Source: Opitutales bacterium (GTDB taxonomy: Bacteria > Verrucomicrobiota > Verrucomicrobiia > Opitutales > UBA2987). From it: a stretch of DNA of 64,000 bases. Shown here piece after piece: positions 11,820 through 20,463 of this stretch; position 1 is the first letter of the stretch, and each line of letters opens with the position of its first letter. Under the pieces are notes generated by a model. It was not told the DNA's origin. It was given only the letters and a program-made list of their open reading frames with translations, and searched no databases. Made by a program: the position numbers and the translations under genes. The stretch is taken from assembly GCA_965226885.1 (NCBI GenBank), contig CBDDEL010000016.1, positions 64,001-128,000 of the forward strand, written 5' to 3'.

Positions 11820-11907
11820 TTCAATTACTACGGATTAATCCTAGGAAGCGATTCAACCCCTGAAAAGAAAAATCGTTTGCGACTTTTAAAGTCATAAATT
11901 TTTTGTT

Positions 11908-12756
11908 ATGAAAGAGAAAAGAAGAAAAGAATCTAAACACCCTATGTACGAAAGCTATTTCGGCTTCCGGGAGATGCCTTTCAACATCACTCCCGATCCT
12001 AAATTTCTTTTCCTCAGCCCAACCCATATGAATGCGCTGCAATACCTGCGCTACGGGATCAAGGAAAGAAAGGGTTTTATTGTACTGACCGGGGAAGTCG
12101 GCTGCGGCAAAACCACGCTCTGCCGGAAACTACTGGATGAACTGGATTCGAAGCACTATCAAACCGCCCTTATCCTCAATCCCCGGCTTTCGGAAACCCA
12201 GCTGCTCAAGGCCATCCTTACGGAAATGGGAGAAAATGCCAAAGCGCGAAGCCGCAACGACCTGCTCAACCAGCTCAACAGCGCCCTCTTGGACCGTATT
12301 CACGCCGGCAAAGACATTGTCCTCATCATCGATGAATCGCAAAACCTGTCGTTCGATGCCCTCGAACACATAAGACTCCTATCCAACCTGGAAACGGACA
12401 AGCAGAAGCTGCTGCAAATTATTTTAATCGGACAACCGGAACTGAAGGAAAAACTGGCGGAAAAGCGTTTGCGCCAGCTAAAGCAGAGGATTCTGGTCCA
12501 GTTCGACCTCTCTCCCCTCACACAGGAGCAGGTAATTCATTACATCCAGCACCGCCTCTCCATGGTCGGAGGCATGGGCCGTCCCAGCTTTACCCCTTAT
12601 GCCTACAAAAAAATATTCAAGATCAGCCGGGGCATTCCAAGAATGATAAATAATTTATGTGACAAAGCCCTGCTCTCCGCATTTACCAGGTCTTCGGACA
12701 ACGTCAACTATTGGGATATCAGGCGCGCGCAAAAAGATCTGAGCCTCTTCGACTAA
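11908..12756 (+). CDS. exeA: ExeA/GspA-family AAA ATPase
   Basis: MYESYFGFREMPFNITPDPKF, Walker A GEVGCGKT, IIDESQNL, LIGQPEL, SRGIPRMINNLCD. Confidence 0.88.
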   Translation: MKEKRRKESKHPMYESYFGFREMPFNITPDPKFLFLSPTHMNALQYLRYGIKERKGFIVLTGEVGCGKTTLCRKLLDELDSKHYQTALILNPRLSETQLLKAILTEMGENAKARSRNDLLNQLNSALLDRIHAGKDIVLIIDESQNLSFDALEHIRLLSNLETDKQKLLQIILIGQPELKEKLAEKRLRQLKQRILVQFDLSPLTQEQVIHYIQHRLSMVGGMGRPSFTPYAYKKIFKISRGIPRMINNLCDKALLSAFTRSSDNVNYWDIRRAQKDLSLFD

Positions 12757-13081
12757 AGCCGAACATGACCTTCCGACCCCCATTCACTCCTGTAAAACAC
12801 CGATTAGCTCCAGTTATTGTGGCTTAAATTGGCACCTGATACTTGGTAGGTTTCCCTTACTTGCAAAATTCAAACTCCCCCATACACCATAACTTGAGAG
12901 ATTCTTGAGACATAAAATTCAAAGGAATCTTTTTTCGATGAGAGAACTCAATTATTCCAATAATCTTTCTACCATAATAACTGAAAATGGCATAAATCTG
13001 CCATAAAAAATAATTTCAATACTATAACTCGTTAATTTCAATACTATAACTCGTTATATATCAATTATATAAAAGCATCTA

Positions 13082-13167
13082 GCCCGGGTGGCGGAATGGT
13101 AGACGCTGCGGACTTAAAATCCGCTGTCCGAAAGGACGTGAGGGTTCGACTCCCTCCCCGGGCACCA
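13082..13167 (+). tRNA. tRNA-Leu(TAA)
   Basis: GCCCGGG acceptor stem, GGTAGAC D-loop, GCGGA-CTTAAAA-TCCGC anticodon arm, long variable arm, GGTTCGACTCC, encoded CCA. Confidence 0.97.
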
Positions 13168-13274
13168 CATTTAATCAGTTGATAATCAACGATCTTTAAT
13201 ATTAAAGACTTTAAAATAAAATAGAGCCGAGGCGAATAGAAACGAAGCAAATACCCCCTAAATACCCGAAAAAG

Positions 13275-13292
13275 TAGCAACATAATAGCAAC
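13275..13292 (+). promoter_or_regulatory. Putative integrase arm-type sites TAGCAAC-ATAA-TAGCAAC
   Basis: The identical 18-mer occurs at 18897-18914, inside the other att end. Confidence 0.7.
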
Positions 13293-13384
13293 GAACGGTT
13301 TTAGTTTTACGTCGTTTGGACTTGCTGAACCAAGCGAGGAGGGGAAAACAGGTCGTGGGCTCTCATAAAAAGGAGGCAAAGCCC

Positions 13385-13565
13385 GATTTCCTTCCATTCC
13401 TTTAGGCATACCGCAACCAGCCTCTTGAAAAACGCCGGAGTCTCCGAAACAGTAGCAATGGACATTATCGGACATAGCTCAAAGGCAATCAGCCGGGTCT
13501 ACACTCACATTGATGATGCCGCCAAGCGAAAAGCTCTGGATTCCCTACCAGATATTACCCTAAAG
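13385..13565 (+). pseudogene. C-terminal fragment of a second tyrosine recombinase
   Basis: ISFHSFRHTATSLLKNAGVSETVAMDIIGHSSKAISRVYTH contains HxxR, GH and Y; no N-terminal part is present. Confidence 0.85.
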
Positions 13566-13657
13566 TATTACCCTAAAGTGAATTCTAATAGATTTTGGGC
13601 CATCTTTAATGTTAAAGACTTGCTCGAAGACATGGCCCATTTCCATAAAGAAACCCC

Positions 13658-13742
13658 ACCATCCCCTGCAAAGCCTACAATACCAAACCTTACCTACGGA
13701 AATACTCTCACTTAAATTGGTATTAAAGATGGGGTCCGATCA
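13658..13742 (+). mobile_element. Solo right-end remnant of an IS407-group element
   Basis: Near-copy of 6604-6682, ending ...AAAGATGGGGTCCGATCA. Confidence 0.85.
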
Positions 13743-14077
13743 AAGGAGCCATCTTTAATATTAAAGATTCTGTAAATCCCTACTCAACCGGCAACCCCGC
13801 CGGGACGTTGAAAAGGCTACCATCGTCAAACCTTTGGAAAAACCGACGATCCAGTTTGCCTTCAATATTGAGCTACCAACTCAATCGCCATCTACTGTAT
13901 GGAGGTCCAGGCATCCGATTCCTATCCGGGTTTACCGGACATTCATTTACAGAAAACCAAAATCTTTAATATTAAAGATTTCTTGCAAAATTTGGCCGAA
14001 TTTTTAAGGTGCCCCAAAATAGGCTGTGTAGACGCTGCCTACAATATGTTGGATGTGGATCGAGAATAAAGAAACCG

Positions 14078-14824
14078 ATGAGTGAATGGCAGACCAAGGA
14101 ACTCACGGACGCTTTTTTGGATGGTATTCGTGGGGCTATCCCCGGGGCCGATATGCAATTAGCCGTTCTGGGCAAAGTTGCAAGGCTGTGGTGCCCCCAT
14201 TCCTCCGAAATTCTCGACGTGGGGTGCGGTGACGGCCTCCTGGGGCATTTTCTCCTCGATATTTTTCCCAAAGCTCATGCCACCTTTGTCGATTTCTCTG
14301 ATCCCATGCTCGACGCAGCTCGCACGCGTCTAACGGAGACATCACGGGCAACGGTGGTCAAAGCGGATTTCTCAAATCCGCAGTGGCGTAGCATCCTTCC
14401 CGCAGAGAATACATTCGATATTGTTGTTTCAGGTTTTGCGATCCATCATCAGCATGATGACAGGAAAAAGGCGCTTTACTCCGAAATCTACGACCTCCTT
14501 ACCCCTGGCGGCATTTTTCTGAACCTGGAACATGTCGCCTCCATTACACACGCAGGAGAGCAGCTCTCCGACGAGTTTTTTATTGACCACCTCTACGACT
14601 TTCACACTTCATTGAACCCCGGAAAGACGAAGGAGGAAATCGCTGACATTTATTATAACCGACCGGATAAGAAGGAGAACATACTCGCCCCGATCGAGGA
14701 TCAATGCTCTTGGCTTCGCGAAATCGGATTCCAAGACGTTGATTGCTTCTTCAAGATCTTTGAACTGGCCTTGTTTGCAGGACGAAAAGCATCCAACAAG
14801 CCGAATGCAGGCGACGGCAAATAG
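14078..14824 (+). CDS. Class I SAM-dependent methyltransferase carried in an integron cassette
   Basis: ILDVGCGDG, FVDFSDPML, FDIVVSGFAIHH, LTPGGIFLNLE; the C-terminus runs into the attC. Confidence 0.9.
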   Translation: MSEWQTKELTDAFLDGIRGAIPGADMQLAVLGKVARLWCPHSSEILDVGCGDGLLGHFLLDIFPKAHATFVDFSDPMLDAARTRLTETSRATVVKADFSNPQWRSILPAENTFDIVVSGFAIHHQHDDRKKALYSEIYDLLTPGGIFLNLEHVASITHAGEQLSDEFFIDHLYDFHTSLNPGKTKEEIADIYYNRPDKKENILAPIEDQCSWLREIGFQDVDCFFKIFELALFAGRKASNKPNAGDGK

Positions 14825-14849
14825 CCACGCCTAATCCGTAACGTTAGAC
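14791..14849 (+). other. attC recombination site (59 bp)
   Basis: ATCCAAC-5-GAATGCAG-GCGACGGC-AAATA-GCCACGC-CTAATCC-5-GTTAGAC, matching R''/L''/L'/R' spacing 7-5-8...7-5-7. R'' is complementary to GTTGGAT at the cassette 5' end (14048-14054). Confidence 0.85.
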
Positions 14850-14964
14850 GTCATTAATACAATGCTCCCCAACGCTCTTACTCCAACGCGTGTAAACGCC
14901 GGGGAAAAACCGGTACGGTAAAGAGGGCGCTTTAAAACCGGTACGCTTATCCTAGAAAGGAGGA

Positions 14965-16470
14965 GTGTATCGAGATATGAAGCAATGGACAAGAGTGCGG
15001 CACAAAGTGCTGCGGGACAAGCAGAGCAAGCGCTCTGTAATGCGAGAAGAGGGACTGCACTGGGAGACCCTGGGAAAGATGCTGGCCTATTCCCAGCCGC
15101 CGGGATACCGGCGCAAGAAGAGGCGAGAGCGCAAGATCGATCCGTATGTGGGCTGGATCGAGGAGGTGCTCAAAGCGGACCGGAACGTGCCCAAGAAGCA
15201 GCGCCATACGGCCAAACGGATCTACCAGCGTTTGGGTCGGGAGAAGGGCTACCAAGGGGGCTACACGGCGGTCAAGGAGGTGGTGGCCGAGCTGCGAGCG
15301 AGGCGGCGGGAAGTGTTCGTGCCGCTGGAGCACCGCCCCGGGGAGGGACAGGTGGACTTCGGTCATGCCCTGGTGAAGGAGGCGGGGCAATTGCGTAGGC
15401 GGCCATTTTTTGCCATGAGCCTGCCCTACAGCGATGCCTTTTTCGTGCAGGTGTTCGAACGGGAGTGCACGGAGAGCTTCTGGGAGGGGCACCTGCGAGC
15501 TTTTGAGTTTTTCGGGGCGGTGCCCCGGCGCATCAGCTATGACAACTCGAAGGTGGCGGTGGGTAAGATTATCGGTTCGCGTGAACGCAAGCTGACCGAC
15601 GGGTTTCTGCAGCTACAGAGCCATTACCTGTTCGAGGAACACTTCTGTCTGCCCGCCCGGCCCAACGAGAAGGGCGTGGTCGAGGGGATCGTGCGTTATG
15701 CCCGGGCCAACTTCCTGGTACCGGTACCGCAGGTTCGGGACCTGGAGGAACTCAACGCAAAGCTGTTGGAGGCATGTGAGCGGGACATGGAGCGTAAATT
15801 ACGCGGGAAAAGGGCGGTGAAAAAGGAACTGCTGGCCGAGGAGCGCGCCGTCATGCTGGCGTTGCCGCCCATACCCTTTGAAGCGAGCCGCAAACGCTCG
15901 ACCTGCGTCAGCAGCCTCTCGCTGGTGCGCTTCGAGTGCAACGACTATTCGGTGCCGGTGCGCTGCGCCCACCATCCGGTGGTGGTGGAAGGGTCCTGTC
16001 GGCAGGTGGTGATCTTCTGTGGGGGCCAAGAGGTGGCCCGGCACCGCCGCATTTGGGATAAAGAGCAAGTCTCTTTCGAGCCGGTGCACTACCTGGCTTT
16101 GCTGGAGAAAAAACCGGGCGCTTTGGACTTCGCCCGCCCACTCTCGGGCTGGCAGTTGCCGCAGTGCCTGCAGGTCCTCAGACGCCGGCTCGAAAGCCAA
16201 TGCGGGGGCGAAGGCACCCGGGAGTATATCCGGGTGCTGCGGCTGTTGGAGAAACACCCCATGGCGGCCTTGCAGCAGGCCGTCGTCTCGGCCCTGCGGG
16301 TGGGGGGACTGACTCGTGAGGCCATCGCCCAGTATCTCTATCCTCAGGAAGACTACGGGAGCAGAACCTTCCGGCTGGACGGCCATCCACACCTGCGTCA
16401 CGTCCGTGTGGCCGCCCCTGACCTCGGTGCCTACAGCGAACTGCTCAAGATTCCAGGAGGGGCTTTATGA
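14965..16470 (+). CDS. istA: IS21 transposase IstA
   Basis: GQVDFG, ISYDNSK and NEKGVVEG motifs. Confidence 0.93.
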   Translation: MYRDMKQWTRVRHKVLRDKQSKRSVMREEGLHWETLGKMLAYSQPPGYRRKKRRERKIDPYVGWIEEVLKADRNVPKKQRHTAKRIYQRLGREKGYQGGYTAVKEVVAELRARRREVFVPLEHRPGEGQVDFGHALVKEAGQLRRRPFFAMSLPYSDAFFVQVFERECTESFWEGHLRAFEFFGAVPRRISYDNSKVAVGKIIGSRERKLTDGFLQLQSHYLFEEHFCLPARPNEKGVVEGIVRYARANFLVPVPQVRDLEELNAKLLEACERDMERKLRGKRAVKKELLAEERAVMLALPPIPFEASRKRSTCVSSLSLVRFECNDYSVPVRCAHHPVVVEGSCRQVVIFCGGQEVARHRRIWDKEQVSFEPVHYLALLEKKPGALDFARPLSGWQLPQCLQVLRRRLESQCGGEGTREYIRVLRLLEKHPMAALQQAVVSALRVGGLTREAIAQYLYPQEDYGSRTFRLDGHPHLRHVRVAAPDLGAYSELLKIPGGAL

Positions 16471-17234
16471 AGGAAGAAAAAAACCAGCTGCTGTTACACC
16501 ATCACCTCAAGAAACTGAAGTTGCCCACCATCCTGCGCGAATGGCCGGCGGTGGCCGCGGCTTGTTCCCGGGACCGGCTCGATTACGCCGCCTTTTTGTT
16601 GCATCTGGTCGAACGGGAGCTCATTGAACGCGAACAGCGGGCCGCCCAGCGGCGGATCAAAAACGCCCGTTTCCCCGTGCTCAAGACCCTCGAGAGCTTC
16701 GCCTTTGAAGCGCAGCCCTCGATCAACGAAGCGCTCATCCGAGAGCTCATGCGCGGGGAGTATGTCGACCAGCGCGAAAACGTGCTGCTCCTCGGTAACG
16801 CCGGTACCGGTAAAACGCACCTGGCCACCGCCCTGGGCTTTGCCGCCTGTGCCCAGGGCCGGCGGATCCGTTTCTTCGGGGTCACCGCCCTGGTTACCCA
16901 TATGCTCGAGCAACGCGACAACCACGACCTGCAGCGCTTCATGAAGCAACTCGAAAGGCTCGACCTACTCATCCTCGACGAACTCGGTTACGTCCCTTTT
17001 TCCAAGACCGGTTCCGAACTGCTCTTCGACGTGGTCAGCCGCGCTTACGAGCGCACCAGTCTCATCGTCACCACCAACCTGCCCTTTGAGAACTGGATCG
17101 AAGTGCTCGGTTCCGAACGGCTCACCGGAGCTCTGCTGGACCGACTCACCCATCGGGTGCATATCCTCGAAGCCAACGGGCAAAGCTACCGCTTGCGCGA
17201 TGCTCGACGCCGTCGCCGTGGCCCAAAACAATAA
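16467..17234 (+). CDS. istB: IS21 helper ATPase IstB
   Basis: GNAGTGKTHLA, LLILDELGY, LLDRLTH; ATGA overlap with istA. Confidence 0.95.
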   Translation: MKEEKNQLLLHHHLKKLKLPTILREWPAVAAACSRDRLDYAAFLLHLVERELIEREQRAAQRRIKNARFPVLKTLESFAFEAQPSINEALIRELMRGEYVDQRENVLLLGNAGTGKTHLATALGFAACAQGRRIRFFGVTALVTHMLEQRDNHDLQRFMKQLERLDLLILDELGYVPFSKTGSELLFDVVSRAYERTSLIVTTNLPFENWIEVLGSERLTGALLDRLTHRVHILEANGQSYRLRDARRRRRGPKQ

Positions 17235-17408
17235 ACGCCTTGGGCCCGGCTCGTCGGCCTCCGGCCTCCTCACCGACCCCAAGCCAATCCCCAAAACCAA
17301 CTCCCAAACCCTAAACCTTGACGTACCTGCAATTACTAACCTAAACCTTATTCCAAGCGTACCGGTTTTACCCCGACCCCCGTACCGGTTTCATCCCGGC
17401 GTTTACAT

Positions 17409-17726
17409 TTACCTGTATTCCTTTCCTTGATGGGGTCTATTGTTGGCACAGCAACCGAATATGAGCTTCAAAAGGAGCTGATTCGGAAGGATTCATCTCG
17501 AAAAAGTAAAAAAAGCGTCCTGGATAGCTGTCGTGATATCGATTTTTTTGCCCAATTTGAAAAGCTTCTTGACCCAACGTCTGATGAAATCAAAGCGATG
17601 AAAAAGATGGAAACAGATTCGTCTGAATTCACACCCGATGAGATCAAAAAAAGGAAAGCTGGGTACGAAGTCTTCAAAAAGGAAATAAAAAAAGAGCTAG
17701 AAAACCCGGACAAAGTGACTGATTAA
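17409..17726 (+). pseudogene. 3' fragment of a hypothetical island gene truncated by IS21
   Basis: Open frame from the IS21 end to a stop overlapping the integrase stop; no RBS or convincing start. Confidence 0.45.
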
Positions 17727-18865
17727 GGTTTCATTTCGACAACCTTCTCTCCCGTCTCCGGAAAAATATTCCAATAATCCTCAGCTTCATCGGGTGTGAC
17801 CAATTCGCGGTAGTTTTTGAAGATCAAATGTGTATTTGCGTGGCCTAATTCCAGAGCCAAGCGAGGAGCGTCTGGAAATTTCGCCAAAAAATAACTGGCA
17901 AAGGAGTGCCTGAGACCGTTTTTCTTCCACTCCACACCTGACCGGGCAATTTCCTCTGTTAGCCACTTTCGAAAGTTCGGGGGGCATATTTTTCCCTTTT
18001 GAGAGGCAAAGGGTGTAAGCCAAGCGTGAAGATTGGGTTGGATTTCAACCAGGCGTCGCTGTGCAGTCTTTGCTTTTTTAGCAGGGATTTCTATAAAGCT
18101 CCTATCTAGCCTCACATTCTCCCAGGTAAGACGATTTATCTCAGCGCTCCGAAGACCCGCGAATGCCCCAATAGCTAGATAGGGAAGCACTTTTGTATCG
18201 CAGTGAATGAGTAAAGATTGAATTTCCTTTGGACTGAATATTTCTGTGGCTCCGGCAATCTCCTTGGCCTGATCAATCTGCCGGATTGGATTTGATGAAG
18301 CATATCCACCTTTGATAGCATATTCAAAAAATACACCTAGAATCCGGCGATAATTATTGCGGGTGACGGGAGCAACTGAAAGGCTTCGAAGCCATTCGCC
18401 GACTTGGAGGGCGGTTATCTCGGAGATGATTTTCTCCCCAAAATCTTCTGTGAACCGCCCTATGCGACTGCTCAGGTCAAGCAGGTACCGCTTTGATGCT
18501 CCATCCGACCTCTTTACCTCAATAAACTTCTCAAGCAATTCTTGAACGGTACAGCTCTTCTGAGTGATTTCCAAATGCTCCAGGTAGAAATCGACCGCAT
18601 TTGAAAGGGTTTTTCCATAAGGAGAAAGTCGCTTGAGACATTTGGCAGCATCAAGCTTTGCTTCATCGGGCAACTCGAAAGCCTTTTGACCCAGATTGTG
18701 GGCCTCAATACGCTTTTGGGTCAAAAAAGTCTCCGCCGTCCCTTTTGTTCTAAAGAATTTTCTCTTGGGTTTGCCACCCTCCCCTTTTAATCCTGTGACC
18801 ACCCATTTCAGGTGGGGCTTCTTCGTGTCATTGTATTCGAGTAGTGAAAATTTATGCAGTTTCAT
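17723..18865 (-). CDS. Tyrosine integrase of the tRNA-Leu island
   Basis: AGLRSAEI (R), KKAKT (K), NGLRHSFASY, LGH, KNYRE (Y); N-terminal arm-binding-like KRKFFRTK; adjacent to att. Confidence 0.93.
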   Translation of the reverse strand: MKLHKFSLLEYNDTKKPHLKWVVTGLKGEGGKPKRKFFRTKGTAETFLTQKRIEAHNLGQKAFELPDEAKLDAAKCLKRLSPYGKTLSNAVDFYLEHLEITQKSCTVQELLEKFIEVKRSDGASKRYLLDLSSRIGRFTEDFGEKIISEITALQVGEWLRSLSVAPVTRNNYRRILGVFFEYAIKGGYASSNPIRQIDQAKEIAGATEIFSPKEIQSLLIHCDTKVLPYLAIGAFAGLRSAEINRLTWENVRLDRSFIEIPAKKAKTAQRRLVEIQPNLHAWLTPFASQKGKICPPNFRKWLTEEIARSGVEWKKNGLRHSFASYFLAKFPDAPRLALELGHANTHLIFKNYRELVTPDEAEDYWNIFPETGEKVVEMKP

Positions 18866-18963
18866 CCCTTAGAGGCTAAATAGAGACCCCAAAAGATAGC
18901 AACATAATAGCAACAAAAAATCATTTTTATTGATAATCAACAAGTTATGACATATTTTATCGA

Positions 18964-19023
18964 ACTTAAAATCCGCTGTCCGAAAGGACGTGAGGGTTCG
19001 ACTCCCTCCCCGGGCACCACATT
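18964..19023 (+). repeat. attR: duplicated 3' part of tRNA-Leu
   Basis: 60/60 identity to 13112-13171. Confidence 0.95.
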
Positions 19024-19060
19024 GATGATCAATGAGTTAAGAAACTTTTTAAGGTCAAAT

Positions 19061-20390
19061 TGATGTGCACTGGAAAAAGTGGACACGAGATTCTCCTAAA
19101 TGGAGAATCGAAGCATGGGAAGAAGACGCTTTAGTATAGAGTTCAAAAATGAGGCAGTTCAACTGATGATACTCGATGGTCTGAGCGCCACCGAGGTATC
19201 GACCAAACTTGGGGTCAACACCAACCAATTGTATAGGTGGAAGAGGCTCTATCTGGACGATCAGCAGGGCGAAGCCACCTCAAAGCGACAGAGCAGTCCG
19301 AAGGAGATGGCGGCCGAGATAGATCGTCTTCGCAAAGAGCTGCGCCGCTCGGAGCGGATCAACCAGATACTAAAAAAAACGGTGGGCTACTTTGCCAAGG
19401 ACGAACAATGAAGTACCAGTTTGTCAAAGACAACGAGGGGCGCTTCAAGATCGAGGAAATATGCTCGGCGATGGGGATTTGTCGCAGTGGCTATTACTGC
19501 TGGAGGCACCGAGCGCCCTCGGCCCGGCGGATCGAGGACGAGGGAATCAAGGGGGCGATCCTGAAGGTACACAAAGAGGCCAAGGGCCGCTATGGGCATC
19601 GGCCAATGCACCGCCATCTGAAGGATGATGAGGGCATCGATTGCGGCCGTGACCGGGCTCTGCGTCTGATGCGTGAAATGGGAATCAAAAGCACCCAGAG
19701 TAAACGCTTTAAGCCATTAAAAACCAACAGTAACCATCCCTATGGTTACAGCCCCAATGTGCTTAAAAAGCATGGCCAGCCGACCCATATCGACGAGGTC
19801 TGGGTGGCGGACACGACCTACCTACGGACCCTGGCCGGTTGGATGTACTTGGCCACGGTGATGGACCTGTTCAGCCGACGCCTGCTGGGCTGGAGCGTTT
19901 CCAACCACAACGACGCGAAGCTGGTTGGCAAGGCCCTCAAAGCCGCGGCCATGACCCGCGGCACACTGCGCACCGGGGGATTATTCATCACAGCGATCGG
20001 GGCAGCCCCTACGCCAGCGACGACTATCAGAGGCTGGTCTCTGAACTAGGCATGAAGCCGAGCATGAGCGCCCAAGGCAACTGCTACGACAACGCGGCCA
20101 TGGAATCGTTCTACGGCCGCTTCAAGACCAGCACGATTCGAGGCCGCCACTTTGCCGACGAGCGCGAACTGCGATCAACTGTCTTCGAATACGTGGAAAT
20201 CTTCTACAACCGATATCGCAAACATTCCTCTCTGAGTTACCAAAGCCCAGTCCAATTCGAGGAAAATATTTGCCCCCCATGGGGGGCAACGAGAAAACAA
20301 AACCCTTTACCAAAACAAGCCGCCTGACACACTAATCAATAAACAATGAATATAAGAGAATCCCGTGTCCAACAAATCCAGTACACGTCA
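19061..20390 (+). mobile_element. IS3-family element copy 1 (orfA 19100-19411; orfB 19408-20327 frameshifted by +2 G near 19976)
   Basis: IRL TGATGTGCACTGGAAAAAGTGGACA; IRR TGTCCAACAAATCCAGTACACGTCA; CACCGGGGGATT here versus CACCGGGATT in copy 2; no matching TSD. Confidence 0.93.
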
Positions 20391-20463
20391 ATATTGTTAA
20401 AGATCATGACATTAATGCCGGTGGTCTCTTTACCTCATGGAACCCACTGAGTCATCTTAAATA

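Larger units (their letters stand above)
13192..13980. repeat. Four copies of the palindrome ATCTTTAATATTAAAGAT
   Basis: Copies at 13192-13209 (1 mismatch), 13602-13619 (2 mismatches), 13751-13768 and 13962-13979. Confidence 0.9.
14891..17407 (+). mobile_element. IS21-family element, 2517 bp, no TSD
   Basis: TGTAAACGCCGGG terminal IRs with repeated internal AAACCGGTACG boxes at both ends. Confidence 0.95.
13112..19023. mobile_element. Tyrosine-integrase genomic island integrated in tRNA-Leu
   Basis: Identical 60-bp direct repeats at 13112-13171 and 18964-19023 (from the anticodon loop past the CCA), with an integrase next to the distal copy. Confidence 0.92.

Noticed and set aside
12986..13003. 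TGGCATAAATCTGCC as a sigma54 promoter for the tRNA
   Set aside because: GG-to-GC spacing is 9 nt rather than the required 10.
13385..13715. Recombinase fragment as the missing IntI or a functional gene
   Set aside because: Only the C-terminal catalytic part is present, it has no IntI-type HTLRHSFATHLL...DIRTVQELLGH signature, it is co-oriented with the cassette, and the ORF tail reads through a palindrome and an IS remnant.
13192..13980. Palindrome array as a CRISPR array
   Set aside because: Repeats are only 18 bp, the intervals are 130-390 bp and irregular, and there are no cas genes in the window.
18964..19023. Second tRNA-Leu gene
   Set aside because: It lacks the 5' acceptor strand and D-arm; it is the att duplication.
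19970..19982. +2 G frameshift in IS3 copy 1 as programmed recoding
   Set aside because: Copy 2 is in frame at this position; it is a homopolymer mutation or sequencing error.
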